From NCBI GenBank assembly GCA_963840855.1, contig CAWJBB010000065.1, positions 75,856 to 139,855 on the forward strand: a stretch of DNA of 64,000 nucleotides, given 5' to 3'. Numbering within the stretch: position 1 is the first letter of the stretch; each line of letters opens with the position of its first letter. Under the pieces are notes generated by a model, which made no database searches, was not told the DNA's origin, and saw only the letters and a program-made list of their open reading frames with translations. Made by a program: the position numbers and the translations under genes. The stretch is from an uncultured delta proteobacterium. Its GTDB lineage: Bacteria; Desulfobacterota; Binatia; UBA9968. Shown piece by piece: positions 63,029 through 64,000 of this stretch.

Positions 63029-63778
63029 CTACAGGGCGGGACCGATCAGCTCGCGGCGCAAGAATTCCGTCACCAGCGGCCAGGCTAGGTCGGCCAGATA
63101 AGGCTGGTACCCATCCGATTCGGTGGATGCGAAACCGTGATTGCCGAAGTGAAAGTAATGCCACTCCAACGGCCGGCCGTTGGCGTGGAAGTTCTCCATC
63201 AGTTTCACTTGGATGGGAAAAGTGCTGGTGCGATCCTGACCGCCAAAGAGCACCATCGACGGACATTTGATTTCACGCGCGGCGTCGTAAGGATGGCGCG
63301 GGCGAATTTTTGTCGGCTCCTCTTCCCGCACCGAGGGATAGTAGGCGACGAACGCGCGCGCCGCCGGTGTTGCCGCGCAGAAGTGGATGCCGATTCTGCC
63401 GCCCATGCAGTAGCCGATGACGCCGACCCGCGAACCGTCGACATCGTTGCGCGAAAGGCAATAGCGCCAGCCTCGGTCGATCACGCGCACGAAATCGGGG
63501 TCCGGCGTTTTGTTTTGAATCTCGGTGCCCGTGTCGATGTGCTGCTCCGCCGGGTAGCCGAGCATGTGATACAGATTCGGAATCACAGTCGTGTAACCAA
63601 GCTGGGCGAATTTGTAAGCCGCGTTCTTTAGATATCCGGTCAATCCAGAGTGCTGGTGGATGAGTAGCAAGCCGGGACCCCGCTCGCTGCGCTCGGGATG
63701 AGCGATATACCCCTCGATGGCGTCCTTTTCCTCTTTCAACCCACGGGTAACGATTCTCGTCATGGATGGGTCCTCCAT
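63029..63778 (-). CDS. Dienelactone hydrolase family protein
   Basis: LIHQHSGL, IGYCMGG, YYP, NHGF. Confidence 0.9.
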   Translation of the reverse strand: MEDPSMTRIVTRGLKEEKDAIEGYIAHPERSERGPGLLLIHQHSGLTGYLKNAAYKFAQLGYTTVIPNLYHMLGYPAEQHIDTGTEIQNKTPDPDFVRVIDRGWRYCLSRNDVDGSRVGVIGYCMGGRIGIHFCAATPAARAFVAYYPSVREEEPTKIRPRHPYDAAREIKCPSMVLFGGQDRTSTFPIQVKLMENFHANGRPLEWHYFHFGNHGFASTESDGYQPYLADLAWPLVTEFLRRELIGPAL

Positions 63779-64000
63779 AGGATCTATACTTCACCGCAGA
63801 GACGCAGAGTTCACAGAGATCGGAGTATTTCTTGATTAAGAACTTTTTACTCTGCGCCCTCAGCGCCTCCGCGGTGAGTTCTCTTCTCGATCGATCCAAC
63901 CAGATTAGCCACTGGAAAATTTGCGCAAGCTGCGAAAACTTTTCAGCACAGTAGTGCGAAGGCCACGAAGCCGGACGGGTTTTGCCGCTTCGCCGCGCTG

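Overview
GC-rich bacterial chromosomal window. The gene content (many orphan solute-binding proteins, UbiDs and amidohydrolases) resembles Candidatus Binatia/Binatota, but that placement is inference. Many single-base homopolymer frameshifts suggest an unpolished long-read assembly. 1-11 kb (minus strand): a truncated response regulator, a sigma-54-type promoter, dnaJ-like/dnaK/grpE/clpB, a ferritin-like gene, a WYL regulator, ORF6N, then Myxococcus-type cas6 and the start of cas3; no CRISPR array is visible. 12-31 kb: mostly housekeeping genes (glycerate kinase, OmpA, YdbH/YdbL-like, proC, MFS-spermidine synthase fusion) plus a phthaloyl-CoA-decarboxylase-like UbiD. 31-64 kb: a large putative catabolic region with seven heme-oxygenase-like diiron (CADD/PqqC/TenA-fold) paralogs interleaved with UbiD decarboxylases, permease-less binding proteins, VOC, cupin, amidohydrolase-2 and GGT genes, and bracketed by dienelactone hydrolases. 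This is the best candidate for an undescribed system. The region also holds a RAYT/REP locus and a complete IS110 element whose CT core, circle-junction promoter and candidate bridge-RNA guides can be read directly from the sequence.
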